Part shown: positions 26,181-38,209 of the stretch, one piece after another | How positions within the stretch are numbered: position 1 is the first letter of the stretch | Layout: every line of letters starts with the position of its first letter | Source: an uncultured Thermoplasmata archaeon | Lineage (GTDB): Archaea > Thermoplasmatota > Thermoplasmata > RBG-16-68-12 | Assembly: GCA_963768855.1 (NCBI GenBank) | Contig: CAVYJM010000011.1 | Location: 256,001-320,000 of the forward strand | Length of the DNA: 64,000 nt | Direction: 5' to 3' | Translations under genes and position numbers: made by a program | The notes under the pieces: model-generated | Seen by the model: only the letters and a program-made list of their open reading frames with translations | Database searches by the model: none | Told to the model about the DNA's origin: nothing

Positions 26181-28805
26181 TTAGGGTGGCGGTTGTGCCG
26201 GAGGGCTTTGCTTTGGCTCCTCCGTGATTTCCGCCTCCTCCTTCTTGGACTGTTTCCTGCGTCTCCACACGACCGCGGCGACCGCGATGACGATTATGGC
26301 CACGATTGCGATCGGGATGCCGTAGTCGATCAGCGGGTTGGACTGGGGCGTCGTGCCACCGCCGGGTTTGCTCGGCGGCTTGATGACCTGCACGGTCGCG
26401 TTGACGCTTGGACTGTGGTTCAGGTTCAACGCGGTCTTGTTATCCGAGACCGTCGCAACCGCTTTGTACGTCCCGATCGCGCTATACGCATGGGTTTCCG
26501 ACACGGTCACCCCGTCGTGGGTTCCCGAGGCAGAGTAGCTCGTGACCGTCGCGCTGCCGTCACCGAAGCTCCAGGTGGCGTACAGCGGGTCGCCCTCGTA
26601 GTCCTTCGCGCTCAGGTTGAACCACAGGTTCTGGTCCGGGTACGCCGTCACGACATTCGGCCCGAACGTCAGGATCTGCGGCGGCAGGTTGATCGACCCC
26701 GCCGGCACGATCGTCGCGGTCGTGCTCCCGCACGCAGGGAACTCCGAGTTCGACACTCGGACCTTGATCGTATAGTTCCCGACGGATGCGTACGTGTGCG
26801 CCACCTGCGAGGAGGTCGTGTTGGCGAGCGGGCTGCCGTCCCCGAAGTCGAACGAGTAGTTCAAGGTCGACGCGTACGGATCGTTCACGGTGACCGAGAT
26901 CGTCGCATCGTTCCCGTTGACCCATTGGACGGCAGGGAAGTTCACGATGACCGGCGCCGGATTGTCGGCCGGGTCCACCTGAGCCCACAGGTTCATCAGG
27001 TCACTGTCCGGGGTGAGCCCGTTGTACTTGCCCCAGTCACCCCAGTTCATCCACCCCTGCGTCCCGGGCGTGGCCGATGCCGCTGCGTACAGGTCGTCCT
27101 TGTAGAACCCGATGATGTACGAGCTGTAGTTGTACACCATCATCTGCATCTCGTTCAGGATTACGCGGCGGGCAGCCGGGTCGATCGTCGTGACGGACTG
27201 GTTGTAGAGCGCATCGAAGGTCGCGTTCGAGTAGAAGTTGTCGCTCGTGGGTCCGATCGCCTGAGTCGTCTCGACCTCCAGGATGTCCGTGGAGGGATCC
27301 GAGGCCGGGGTGAAGACCCAGTCCCACAGCCACATGTCGTAGTCGCCACTGAGCCAGTAGCCGCTCATCTGGTTGATGCTGTACGCGCCGAATCCGGGAT
27401 TGCTGTGAACATCCGTGGTCTCGATTCCTGCTTGGTTGAGCCACGTCACCATGTCGCCGGCCGCTTTCTTCCACCAATCTTCCGTGTTCAGCGTGTAGAA
27501 GCGGAAGATGAGCCCGTTCGTTCCACCGGCTTGGTAGAGTGGGGTCGCGCCAGGGTTGAGTGTGCCGCTGGAGTCGTACTTCCAGCCGGCTGCATTCAGC
27601 ATCGCCCGTGCCGCGGCCGTGTCGAAGTGGTAGGTGTACTGAGCCGGCGGGGTGAAGTGCCACGGGTTCGTGTCCGGGACCAAGGAGTCCGCGACATTGC
27701 CCAACCCGAGCAGGGCATCTTCGATGATTCCGCTCTTGTTGATACTCATGGCGACGGCCCGACGGACTGTCCAGTTCGTCGCGAGGATCTGGTTGTTCGA
27801 GCCGGTCCTGAATTGAGTCAGCCCGCTCGCGACGTACTGAGCACGCTGCGCCGTGGTCATTACGTTGATCGAGGGTGCCTCACCCACGAAGCCCTGGTCG
27901 ACCGCCCACTTCGGGGACCAGTCCTTCAGCGTCGTCGTGTAGGTCGTCGGGTCGATGCCAATGATTGCGCTCAACCCGTTCGCCGCGTTCTGGAAGTCGG
28001 AGACCATCTGGGTCGGGTTCGTGTAGGAGATGTACCGGATCTCGTCCGGCTTCATGACCTCGCAGTAGTAGGTGTCCCAATAGTAGTTCAGACTCCTCCG
28101 GAAGACGGCCAGGCTCGCGGACGAGTTCGCGTTGTCGTAGTAGTATCCCCCCGATCCGATTGGATACTTGGGGTTGTACTTGACCGGGTTCGGGACGCCG
28201 GCCCAGACGTACTGAGGCAGGATCGGGATGTTCACCGCGGTCGAGTACATCGTCGCCACGGGGCGCTTCGTGACGATCTGGACCGTGTAGGTGTCCATCG
28301 CCGTGATCGACTTGATATCGCTCGTGTAGGTGTTCAGGATACTTGCGTTGTTATTCATCTGCAGTTGGTACGAGAACACGACATCTGCGGACGTCACCGG
28401 GTGCGCCTGGCTAGAGGGGTTGGCCGGATCCGTGAAGAAGGCGTCGTGGACGATGTTGAACGTCCAGGTGACATTGTCAGGCGCGAGGTTCCACGAGTAC
28501 GCCAGCTCGCCGCGGATCGCATATGCCTTGTCGTGGGTAAGCAACGTGCTGTACACGGTGTAGACCACGATGTATTCGTCGACCAACGTAATGGCCATCG
28601 GATTGAAGGTGGTCACCGTCCACGCTTGCGTCCCAATCCTCAACGATCGGAACTGCGGGGTTCCGACCGCCGCGGCCGAACGCGATCCGAGCGTGACCAC
28701 GCCCACGAACGCGCCGATGACAAGCACCGCGACCAGGGTCGCGGCTACGACAGACTTCACCCACGCTAGCCGAATCGGATTGTCTCCTCCCGTCACGTGA
28801 TTCAA
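26181..28805 (-). CDS. Peptide ABC substrate-binding protein with two PKD domains and a C-terminal TM anchor
   Basis: SBP family 5 motifs (GELAYSW, PVTSADVVFS, PIGSG); two W/FxFGDGS PKD repeats; hydrophobic tail followed by RRRK. Confidence 0.9.
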   Translation of the reverse strand: MNHVTGGDNPIRLAWVKSVVAATLVAVLVIGAFVGVVTLGSRSAAAVGTPQFRSLRIGTQAWTVTTFNPMAITLVDEYIVVYTVYSTLLTHDKAYAIRGELAYSWNLAPDNVTWTFNIVHDAFFTDPANPSSQAHPVTSADVVFSYQLQMNNNASILNTYTSDIKSITAMDTYTVQIVTKRPVATMYSTAVNIPILPQYVWAGVPNPVKYNPKYPIGSGGYYYDNANSSASLAVFRRSLNYYWDTYYCEVMKPDEIRYISYTNPTQMVSDFQNAANGLSAIIGIDPTTYTTTLKDWSPKWAVDQGFVGEAPSINVMTTAQRAQYVASGLTQFRTGSNNQILATNWTVRRAVAMSINKSGIIEDALLGLGNVADSLVPDTNPWHFTPPAQYTYHFDTAAARAMLNAAGWKYDSSGTLNPGATPLYQAGGTNGLIFRFYTLNTEDWWKKAAGDMVTWLNQAGIETTDVHSNPGFGAYSINQMSGYWLSGDYDMWLWDWVFTPASDPSTDILEVETTQAIGPTSDNFYSNATFDALYNQSVTTIDPAARRVILNEMQMMVYNYSSYIIGFYKDDLYAAASATPGTQGWMNWGDWGKYNGLTPDSDLMNLWAQVDPADNPAPVIVNFPAVQWVNGNDATISVTVNDPYASTLNYSFDFGDGSPLANTTSSQVAHTYASVGNYTIKVRVSNSEFPACGSTTATIVPAGSINLPPQILTFGPNVVTAYPDQNLWFNLSAKDYEGDPLYATWSFGDGSATVTSYSASGTHDGVTVSETHAYSAIGTYKAVATVSDNKTALNLNHSPSVNATVQVIKPPSKPGGGTTPQSNPLIDYGIPIAIVAIIVIAVAAVVWRRRKQSKKEEAEITEEPKQSPPAQPPP

Positions 28806-28894
28806 CCCCTGCCCCCCACGCGTCCCGCACGTCAGAAGAGGTAGATAACAGAACGCTTCGTGGGCAGTCTGATACCGTAGAAATTCTTGACATT

Positions 28895-28902
28895 CTATAT
28901 AA
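28895..28902 (-). promoter_or_regulatory. TATA box of the peptide ABC operon
   Basis: TTATATAG on the minus strand in an AT-rich gap upstream of the SBP gene. Confidence 0.5.
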
Positions 28903-29073
28903 TGCTTCTCGAAGTACTCGGCACGGCCTAGGTCGTCCTAACGATTTGTTTTCTGAGAGCGAAACAACGACCTGACGTCCATTTATGCGCTAGACCCGCC
29001 GGTCTTCATCCCCCTGCGGGTTGGCGCCTGGTCAACCGCGCCCGAGGGATGCGTGCGGCCTGGGCGGACAGGC

Positions 29074-30639
29074 CTACGCCTCGTACAGGGAGTGGCTTTG
29101 CTCGTGCATGAACTGCGGGAGGTAGAAGTATCCGCCCGCGGCCTTGCCCGAGATCCCGGACATCTTCCAGCCACCGAAGGGCTGGACCCCGACCACTGCG
29201 CCCGTCGTCGATCCGGCGGCGCGGTTCGCGTACATGACGCCGGCCGCGCACTCCCGGAAGAAGCGGTCGACCTCCGCGGGGTTCTTGGAGAAGATCCCTG
29301 CGGTCAGCCCGTAGTCCGTCGAGTTCGCGAGGTCCATCGCATCGTCCAGGCCGCTGACCTCGATGATGGACAGGATCGGGACGAACAGCTCCTCGTTGTT
29401 CACGCGGTGCTTCCTCGGGAGGCCGTCCACGATCGTGGGCTTGACGAAGAGGCCGTCTCCCTTCAGGACCTCGCCGCCGGTCAGGATCTTTCCCCGCCCC
29501 TTCTTCACATCGGCGATCGCCTTCGCGTAGGTCTTCACCGCCGCCTCGTTGATCACGGGACCGAGGTACACGTCCCGCTGGGTGGGGTCTCCCATCTTGA
29601 TCTTCTCCGTCTCCGCGACGAGCTTCTCGACGAAGGCCTTCTTGACGCGCTTGTCGACGAGCACGCGCGAGCAGGCGGAGCACTTCTGTCCGCCGAAGCC
29701 GAACGCGGCGCGCATGGCGCCCAGGGCCGCCTTCTCGAGGTCCGCGTTCTCCGTGACGATCGTCGGGTTCTTCCCGCCCAGCTCCGTGATGATCGGCTTG
29801 GGGAACGTCTCGCTGAACGTGCGGTACGCGCCGAGCCCGACGTCGCGGGATCCCGTGAAGACGAACCCGGCGACATCCGTGTTGTCGACGAGCTCCTGGC
29901 CGACCGTCGACCCGGGGCCCGTGACGTAGTTGAAGACTCCCTTGGGCACGCCGGCCTCGCGGAAGATCAGGCAGAGCTCCCACCCCATGTAGGGCGTGTC
30001 GCTCGCCGGCTTGAACACGGCCGTGTTGCCCGTGATCATCGCGCCCGCGGACATGCCGCCCGCGATCGCGAACGGGAAGTTGAACGGGGCGACGACCGCC
30101 CAGACGCCGTAGGGCTTGAGCAGGTCCCGCGTCTTCTCCCCGGGCACGTACTGCCCCATGGCGAAGTCGTAGCCGTGGTTCCGCTCCATCTCCTCCGCAT
30201 ACCAGCGGATCAGGTCCGCCGTCTCGTCCACGTCGGCCATGGACTCGTAGCGGTTCTTCCCGTTCTCGAAGGACATCAGGGCGGCGTAGTAGAATTTCTT
30301 CGCGCTGACGAGGTCCGCGGCGCGGCGGAAGATCCGGACGCGCTCCTCCCAGCCCGTGGCGGACCATGCGGGGAACGCCTTCTTCGCGGCTTCGACGGCC
30401 CGCTTCGCGTGGGCCTTCGTCCCCTTTTGGAACGTGCCGAGCACGAGCTTGCGGTTTGAGGGCGAGGTGTCCGTGAAGCTCTCCCGAGTCCAGATCTCCT
30501 TGCCGTCGATGAACAGCGGGTGCTTCGCACCCAGGTCCATCCGGACCTGCTCGACCGCGGCCTCGTAGGCCTGATGGAACTCGTCCGTCTTCCCTGCCTC
30601 GACCGCATTCTGCCACGTGCGCTCGTTCTTGAAAACCAT
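29074..30639 (-). CDS. Aldehyde dehydrogenase (delta-1-pyrroline-5-carboxylate dehydrogenase-like)
   Basis: PFNFP, KPAS, FTGS, ELGGKN, GQKCSACSR, EELFVP, QPFGG.K.SG. Confidence 0.92.
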   Translation of the reverse strand: MVFKNERTWQNAVEAGKTDEFHQAYEAAVEQVRMDLGAKHPLFIDGKEIWTRESFTDTSPSNRKLVLGTFQKGTKAHAKRAVEAAKKAFPAWSATGWEERVRIFRRAADLVSAKKFYYAALMSFENGKNRYESMADVDETADLIRWYAEEMERNHGYDFAMGQYVPGEKTRDLLKPYGVWAVVAPFNFPFAIAGGMSAGAMITGNTAVFKPASDTPYMGWELCLIFREAGVPKGVFNYVTGPGSTVGQELVDNTDVAGFVFTGSRDVGLGAYRTFSETFPKPIITELGGKNPTIVTENADLEKAALGAMRAAFGFGGQKCSACSRVLVDKRVKKAFVEKLVAETEKIKMGDPTQRDVYLGPVINEAAVKTYAKAIADVKKGRGKILTGGEVLKGDGLFVKPTIVDGLPRKHRVNNEELFVPILSIIEVSGLDDAMDLANSTDYGLTAGIFSKNPAEVDRFFRECAAGVMYANRAAGSTTGAVVGVQPFGGWKMSGISGKAAGGYFYLPQFMHEQSHSLYEA

Positions 30640-30690
30640 GGATCCTCACCCGCTGGCCGACGGATGTCCCAGCCCGGAAAATAAGGTTTC

Positions 30691-30699
30691 GGAATGTAC
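30691..30699 (+). repeat. Target-site duplication, left copy (GGAATGTAC)
   Basis: Identical to 32073-32081 and abuts the TIR. Confidence 0.9.
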
Positions 30700-30709
30700 G
30701 GTTCTGTCC
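30700..30709 (+). repeat. Left terminal inverted repeat GGTTCTGTCC
   Basis: Exact reverse complement of 32063-32072. Confidence 0.9.
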
Positions 30710-30812
30710 GAAGTCGGATGACGAACCGCTTCCCGCGCTCAGCTCCAGGGATTTTCACTTTCACCCCACTCCCATGAGAACTTCCAGCCTATGGACGCCA
30801 TTCGAGTTCCCG

Positions 30813-32060
30813 ATGGGCGTCTCACGCGTCGTCCGCAGCCTCTCGTTCACTGTCGACGAGTTGCCCGCACCCCTCCGCTGGCTGCTCAGCGAGTTCCGGC
30901 TCGTCGTCAACAAATCCATCCGCATCGCGCTCCGCGACGATCTTCGCTCCCGCTTCCGGCTGTCGAAGGCGGCGTACGCAGGCTTGTCGGCGGAGCACGA
31001 CTTGTACAAGCAGTACATCTCGAGTGCCTTCGAGGTCGCCCTCGGCGTCCTGAAGAACCACCGGAGACGAATGAGACAGAAGAGGAAATCCAACATACCA
31101 TACCTCCGCCGGCTCTTGCTCAAGGCGGAGAACCAGTCGTACCGGCTCGACCGGACGACGGGAAAACTTCGCATTCCAATCCGGCGCGGTGAGCACGTCG
31201 AGATCGACCTGCCAATCTCCCGCTGGCACCGCTCAATCCTGTCGGACCCCGCCTGGGGCCTCGGCTCGCTCACCGTGATTCCAGGGAAAATCATCGTCGT
31301 CGTTCGGAAACAGGCACCCAAAGCCTACGAGCCGGTCTCTGCCGTCGCTCTTGACACGAATGAGGACTCTCTTGACGGCGTGATGGCCGCGCGTGGCGTC
31401 GCACAGCTGGTCACCATCCCCCTCGGTGGCGTCCGCCAGGTGCAGGCGACCCACTTCCGCCGCCGGAGGTACCTCGCGTCGAAGAAGACCCATGACCGGC
31501 GGGTCGCCCGTCGTCTCCTCGGCCGCGAGGGCCGCAGGGAGCGGAATCGGGTGCGCCAGCGACTCCACCGGGTTTCGAAGACCCTAATCGCCTCGGCGAA
31601 GGGCCAGAAGGCCGCCCTCGTCCTCGAGGACCTCACCCTGCATGGTGCAGGCAGCCGTTCATGTCGAACGAACCGCCGCCTGTCGTCCTGGCCCCGCGGC
31701 GAGCTCCACCGTCAGATCGAGTACAAGGCCGCCCTCGCGGGCGTGCCGATCATCAAGGTCAATCCTGCCTGGACGAGCAAGACCTGCCCAGTGTGTGGCG
31801 CCCGGCGCCGAGATAGGGTGGGCCCGGACTTCGTCTGCGAGATGTGCGACTGGGAAATGGACCGGCAGCACAACGCAGGGCTGAACATCCTGAAATCCGC
31901 CTTGACCTCGAACGAGGCCTTGGCAAGGGCTGTACGGTTCCAGCCCGGTGCCCTCCGCCATGATGTGGTGAGTCCCCTCTGCAATCTGCCAGCGTTGCTG
32001 GCAGGTGCACGGGAGGAGCCGAGCGGAGCCGAGTCCCGATGGGCGGCAATCACCCGATGA
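30813..32060 (+). CDS. tnpB: TnpB-family RNA-guided RuvC protein, RuvC-III Asp replaced by Gln
   Basis: ALDTNE, VLEDL, CPVC/CEMC, MDRQHNAGLNI; clear paralog of 11764..13008. Confidence 0.93.
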   Translation: MGVSRVVRSLSFTVDELPAPLRWLLSEFRLVVNKSIRIALRDDLRSRFRLSKAAYAGLSAEHDLYKQYISSAFEVALGVLKNHRRRMRQKRKSNIPYLRRLLLKAENQSYRLDRTTGKLRIPIRRGEHVEIDLPISRWHRSILSDPAWGLGSLTVIPGKIIVVVRKQAPKAYEPVSAVALDTNEDSLDGVMAARGVAQLVTIPLGGVRQVQATHFRRRRYLASKKTHDRRVARRLLGREGRRERNRVRQRLHRVSKTLIASAKGQKAALVLEDLTLHGAGSRSCRTNRRLSSWPRGELHRQIEYKAALAGVPIIKVNPAWTSKTCPVCGARRRDRVGPDFVCEMCDWEMDRQHNAGLNILKSALTSNEALARAVRFQPGALRHDVVSPLCNLPALLAGAREEPSGAESRWAAITR

Positions 32061-32062
32061 TG

Positions 32063-32072
32063 GGACAGAACC
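32063..32072 (-). repeat. Right terminal inverted repeat GGACAGAACC
   Basis: Exact reverse complement of 30700-30709. Confidence 0.9.
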
Positions 32073-32081
32073 GGAATGTAC
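32073..32081 (+). repeat. Target-site duplication, right copy (GGAATGTAC)
   Basis: Identical to 30691-30699. Confidence 0.9.
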
Positions 32082-32084
32082 CGC

Positions 32085-32360
32085 TCAGGCGATGTAGGAA
32101 TCCGTCGTCCCCTCATAGCTGTCGTACTGGACGAGGACGCCGATGTGGGCCAGGAGCTCGCGGGCCCACTCCCGTGAATACGAGTTCGGAGGCAGGTCGG
32201 ACGTCGTCCCGAGCCACTCGAAGATCTCCTTGAACGCGTCCTTCTGCTCGTCCCGCGTCAGCCTCTCTCCGAGGCCGCCCACGGAGGACTCGATCCGGTT
32301 CATCGCGAGCACGAACTCCTTCACTTGGGCCAAGAACTTGGCCTTCTCCTCGCGTGTCAT
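32085..32360 (-). CDS. Hypothetical helical protein (91 aa)
   Basis: MTREEKAKFLAQVKEF...; host-like codon usage; start moved to ATG 32360. Confidence 0.75.
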   Translation of the reverse strand: MTREEKAKFLAQVKEFVLAMNRIESSVGGLGERLTRDEQKDAFKEIFEWLGTTSDLPPNSYSREWARELLAHIGVLVQYDSYEGTTDSYIA

Positions 32361-32449
32361 GGGGCCGACCTCCCGTCGACGATGCGGCCGTGGCGGGATA
32401 AACGTTTGCGAACGAAGGTTCAAGGGGGACCGGGCGGTGGCGGAAACCC

Positions 32450-32755
32450 ATGCCGGAGTCGGTGCGCGTGGCGAGCGCCTCCGAGATCCCTCCTGGGTCG
32501 GCCAAGGTCGTCGTCGTCCTGGGTCACCCCGTCGCCGTGTTCAACGTCGACGGCTCGTTCCACGCGGTCTCCAACGTGTGCCTGCATCGCGGCGGACCGA
32601 TCGGCGAAGGCACCCTCGACGGCCCGATCGTGACCTGCCCGCTCCACGGATGGGAGTACGACGTCCGCACGGGGAAGAACGTCTCGAACCCGATGGCCCG
32701 CTTGCGTACGTACGCGGTCCGGATCGAGGGCGACGACATCCTCGTGAGCCCGTGA
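32450..32755 (+). CDS. Rieske [2Fe-2S] ferredoxin
   Basis: CLHRGGP and CPLHGW boxes. Confidence 0.93.
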   Translation: MPESVRVASASEIPPGSAKVVVVLGHPVAVFNVDGSFHAVSNVCLHRGGPIGEGTLDGPIVTCPLHGWEYDVRTGKNVSNPMARLRTYAVRIEGDDILVSP

Positions 32756-32795
32756 GGCTCAGCTTTAACCGTGTTCCGGCGGTTCGGCGCCTTCC

Positions 32796-35913
<3,118 letters not shown>

Positions 35914-36034
35914 GCCGCACCGCCGCTTGGGGGAACGACCCCGTTGTCTCGGGGATTCCGACGGTGGGTTTAAGCCGGCCTAAATATTGGTCTCGGAACT
36001 GATAGCAGTCAAGGACGCAACTCTGGTGAGACCC

Positions 36035-36628
36035 ATGCCCACGACCCCCGGTGAGGAACCGGAGCTAGCCCCACGGGACGCCCCCGAAAGCGACCCTCGC
36101 GGACCACGCTGGAACGGAGCGTTCGCCGTGGTCCGGACCGTGCTCGACCCCTCTTCGTTGCAGATCCTCCGGGCGACCCATGACCGCGAGTGGAGCGCCC
36201 TCGGGCTGAGTCAACATCTCGGCATCCCGATCGTCGCCTGCTATCGTCGACTCAAGGAGCTCGAGGAGCTCGGGATCATCGCGCCCTCCGGATCGATCGC
36301 GCGTACGGCGGGCCACCCGATCCGGCTCTTCCGGTCCTGCCTGCGCTCCGCCCGGATCAGTTTCGAGGACGGCCGCCTGACCGCGACGATCGAACTCGCG
36401 CGTCCCGGTTCCCAGGCTCCGACTGAGGCCCGGTTCGAGGAAGCGCTCGACCGGAACCCAGTCCGCCGGAAGCGGTCACGCTCGGCGCGCGACCTCGGAG
36501 ACCGCGGCTCCTCGCTCGAACTTGTGCCCCATGGCGAAGAGGGCGCCCTCGATTCCGGTGAAGCAGGCCGCCAGGTCCGGGAACGAGCAGATCCCCATGT
36601 GGCCGATGCGGAAGATCTTGCCCTTTAG
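36035..36628 (+). CDS. Winged-helix (ArsR/Lrp-like) DNA-binding protein
   Basis: ILRAT...SALGLSQHLGIPIVACYRRLKELEELGII. The 3' end overlaps the convergent aminotransferase by about 150 bp. Confidence 0.7.
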   Translation: MPTTPGEEPELAPRDAPESDPRGPRWNGAFAVVRTVLDPSSLQILRATHDREWSALGLSQHLGIPIVACYRRLKELEELGIIAPSGSIARTAGHPIRLFRSCLRSARISFEDGRLTATIELARPGSQAPTEARFEEALDRNPVRRKRSRSARDLGDRGSSLELVPHGEEGALDSGEAGRQVRERADPHVADAEDLAL

Positions 36629-37609
36629 CTGGCTCTGACCCCCCGCGAGGATCACTCGATACTGCTCCCGCAGGATCTTCCGGAACTTCGCGTCGTCCAC
36701 GCCCGGAGGGTATCTCGTGGCCGTGACCGTATTCGAGGCGAAGCGGGCATCCGGGAAGAGATCCACGTCGATGGCCGCGTACGCCACGCGGGCCGCCTCG
36801 GCGAGCTTCCGCGTGCGCGCGATCCGGTTCTCCAGACCTTCCTCCTTGAGGAGGCGGAGCGCCTCGCGGAACGCGAGGAACAGCGGGACGGCGGGTGTGT
36901 ACGGCGTGTCCTGCTTCGCCAGCCCCTCCACGTGGGCCTTCAGGTTCGTGTAGAAGGACGTTTCCGAGTGCAGCGACTCGGTCGCGCGCTTCGAGAGGGC
37001 GACAGCCGCGAGCCCCGCGGGCGCGGCCAGGCACTTCTGCGAGCCCATGACGAGCGCGTCGATCCCCCACTCGTCGAAGTGGTTCTCGAGTCCGCCGACG
37101 GCGGTGATCCCATCCACGAGCAGGAGCTTGTCGTGCTTCTTCACGACCTTGGCGATTTCCGCGATCGGGTTCGTGAGGCCGGTGGAGGTCTCATTCCAGC
37201 AGACGGTCACGGCCTTGTAGGAGCCATCGGCCTCGAGGGCCTCCGCAACGCGCTGCGGGTCGACCGCCTTTCCCCATTCGAACGTGAGCGGGGTGGGCGT
37301 GGCGAAGACGGAGCAGAGGTCGTTGAACCGCTCGCTGAACTTCCCGTTGACCAGGTTCAGCACTTTGTCCTGCTTGCGCAGGAGCCCGGAGACCGCAGAC
37401 TCGAGTCCCGCGGTGCCCGAGCCCGACAGGATCGCGACGTCGCCCTTCGTGCCGAAGAGGTACTGGACGAGGTCACGGAGTTCGGTCAGGATCTCCTTGA
37501 ATTCGGGTCCCCGGTGGTTCAGCGCGGGAGCGGACATCGCCCGCAGCACCCGCGGATGCATCTTCACCGGACCCGGAAGCATAAACACGGTGTCCTCGGC
37601 ATCGGACAT
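36476..37609 (-). CDS. Class V aminotransferase (serine/alanine-glyoxylate type)
   Basis: MLPGPV, GSGTAGLE, NETSTG, VDGIT, GSQKCL, FRIGHMG. Start at ATG 37609. Confidence 0.92.
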   Translation of the reverse strand: MSDAEDTVFMLPGPVKMHPRVLRAMSAPALNHRGPEFKEILTELRDLVQYLFGTKGDVAILSGSGTAGLESAVSGLLRKQDKVLNLVNGKFSERFNDLCSVFATPTPLTFEWGKAVDPQRVAEALEADGSYKAVTVCWNETSTGLTNPIAEIAKVVKKHDKLLLVDGITAVGGLENHFDEWGIDALVMGSQKCLAAPAGLAAVALSKRATESLHSETSFYTNLKAHVEGLAKQDTPYTPAVPLFLAFREALRLLKEEGLENRIARTRKLAEAARVAYAAIDVDLFPDARFASNTVTATRYPPGVDDAKFRKILREQYRVILAGGQSQLKGKIFRIGHMGICSFPDLAACFTGIEGALFAMGHKFERGAAVSEVARRA

Positions 37610-37782
37610 GATGGCGAGCCAAGTGGCGACGCGACTTAAACGATTCGTCGATTCTGTTCGGGCTCGTTCGAGGCCTGCCTCAAGTGGCAAAAGGGCGCGC
37701 GTGGCGCGCGCTCCGCCGCCCGCGGGCCGTCCCGCTTCCACGCGAAACGGAGTTCCTTCGCATGATAAAATTCTAGCAACCA

Positions 37783-37790
37783 TTATATAT
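37783..37790 (+). promoter_or_regulatory. TATA box upstream of the RHH gene
   Basis: TTATATAT in an AT-rich patch about 70 bp before ATG 37862. Confidence 0.5.
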
Positions 37791-37861
37791 CAACAGCCCA
37801 TTGCGCCGGACAAGCGTCGGTCAAACGAGGTCGACTTGACCCACGCAAGCGGACGATCGCC

Positions 37862-38098
37862 ATGAAGGATGACACCGAGAAGATCACGCTTCGCCTGCCT
37901 AAGCGGTATCTGAAAGCGCTCGACTTCCTCGTCGAGCTCGATGACTTCCCGACCCGCTCGGAGGCAGTGCGCGCCGCGATCCGAGACCTCGTCTACGCGC
38001 GGGTCGAGCTCGTCACGGACAAGCTCAAGAGGATGCAGGAAGCCGAGAAATCGCTCGCGGACATCGAGTCGTTCAAGAAAGAGTTCCTACAGAAGTGA
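37862..38098 (+). CDS. Ribbon-helix-helix transcription regulator (CopG/NikR/CdrS-like)
   Basis: KITLRLP...LDFLV....PTRSEAVRAAIRDL. Confidence 0.88.
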   Translation: MKDDTEKITLRLPKRYLKALDFLVELDDFPTRSEAVRAAIRDLVYARVELVTDKLKRMQEAEKSLADIESFKKEFLQK

Positions 38099-38178
38099 GC
38101 AGGGTCAGAAGGGATGGATGCCGCCGGAGGGTGACTTCGCCGCCACGTCTCGACGTCACGATTACCTCCCCCCCAACT

Positions 38179-38209
38179 GGGTGGCCATCGCGCCACCCAC
38201 TTTTCTTTT
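38179..38209 (+). terminator. Hairpin plus T-tract terminator
   Basis: GGGTGGC-CATCGC-GCCACCC followed by ACTTTTCTTTT. Confidence 0.6.

Larger units (their letters stand above)
30700..32072 (+). mobile_element. Non-autonomous TnpB-only element 2 with terminal inverted repeats and 9-bp TSD
   Basis: TIR GGTTCTGTCC at 30700-30709 and GGACAGAACC at 32063-32072; TSD on both sides; tnpB is the only ORF inside. Confidence 0.92.

Noticed and set aside
28887-28903. Bacterial sigma70 promoter (TTGACA...TATAAT)
   Set aside because: The hexamers are only about 5 bp apart instead of 17; better explained as an archaeal TATA box on the minus strand.
11677-32072. Calling the two tnpB elements ordinary IS200/IS605 (IS1341-type) or IS607
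   Set aside because: Those families make no TSD and have no TIRs; element 2 clearly has both, and no tnpA is present.
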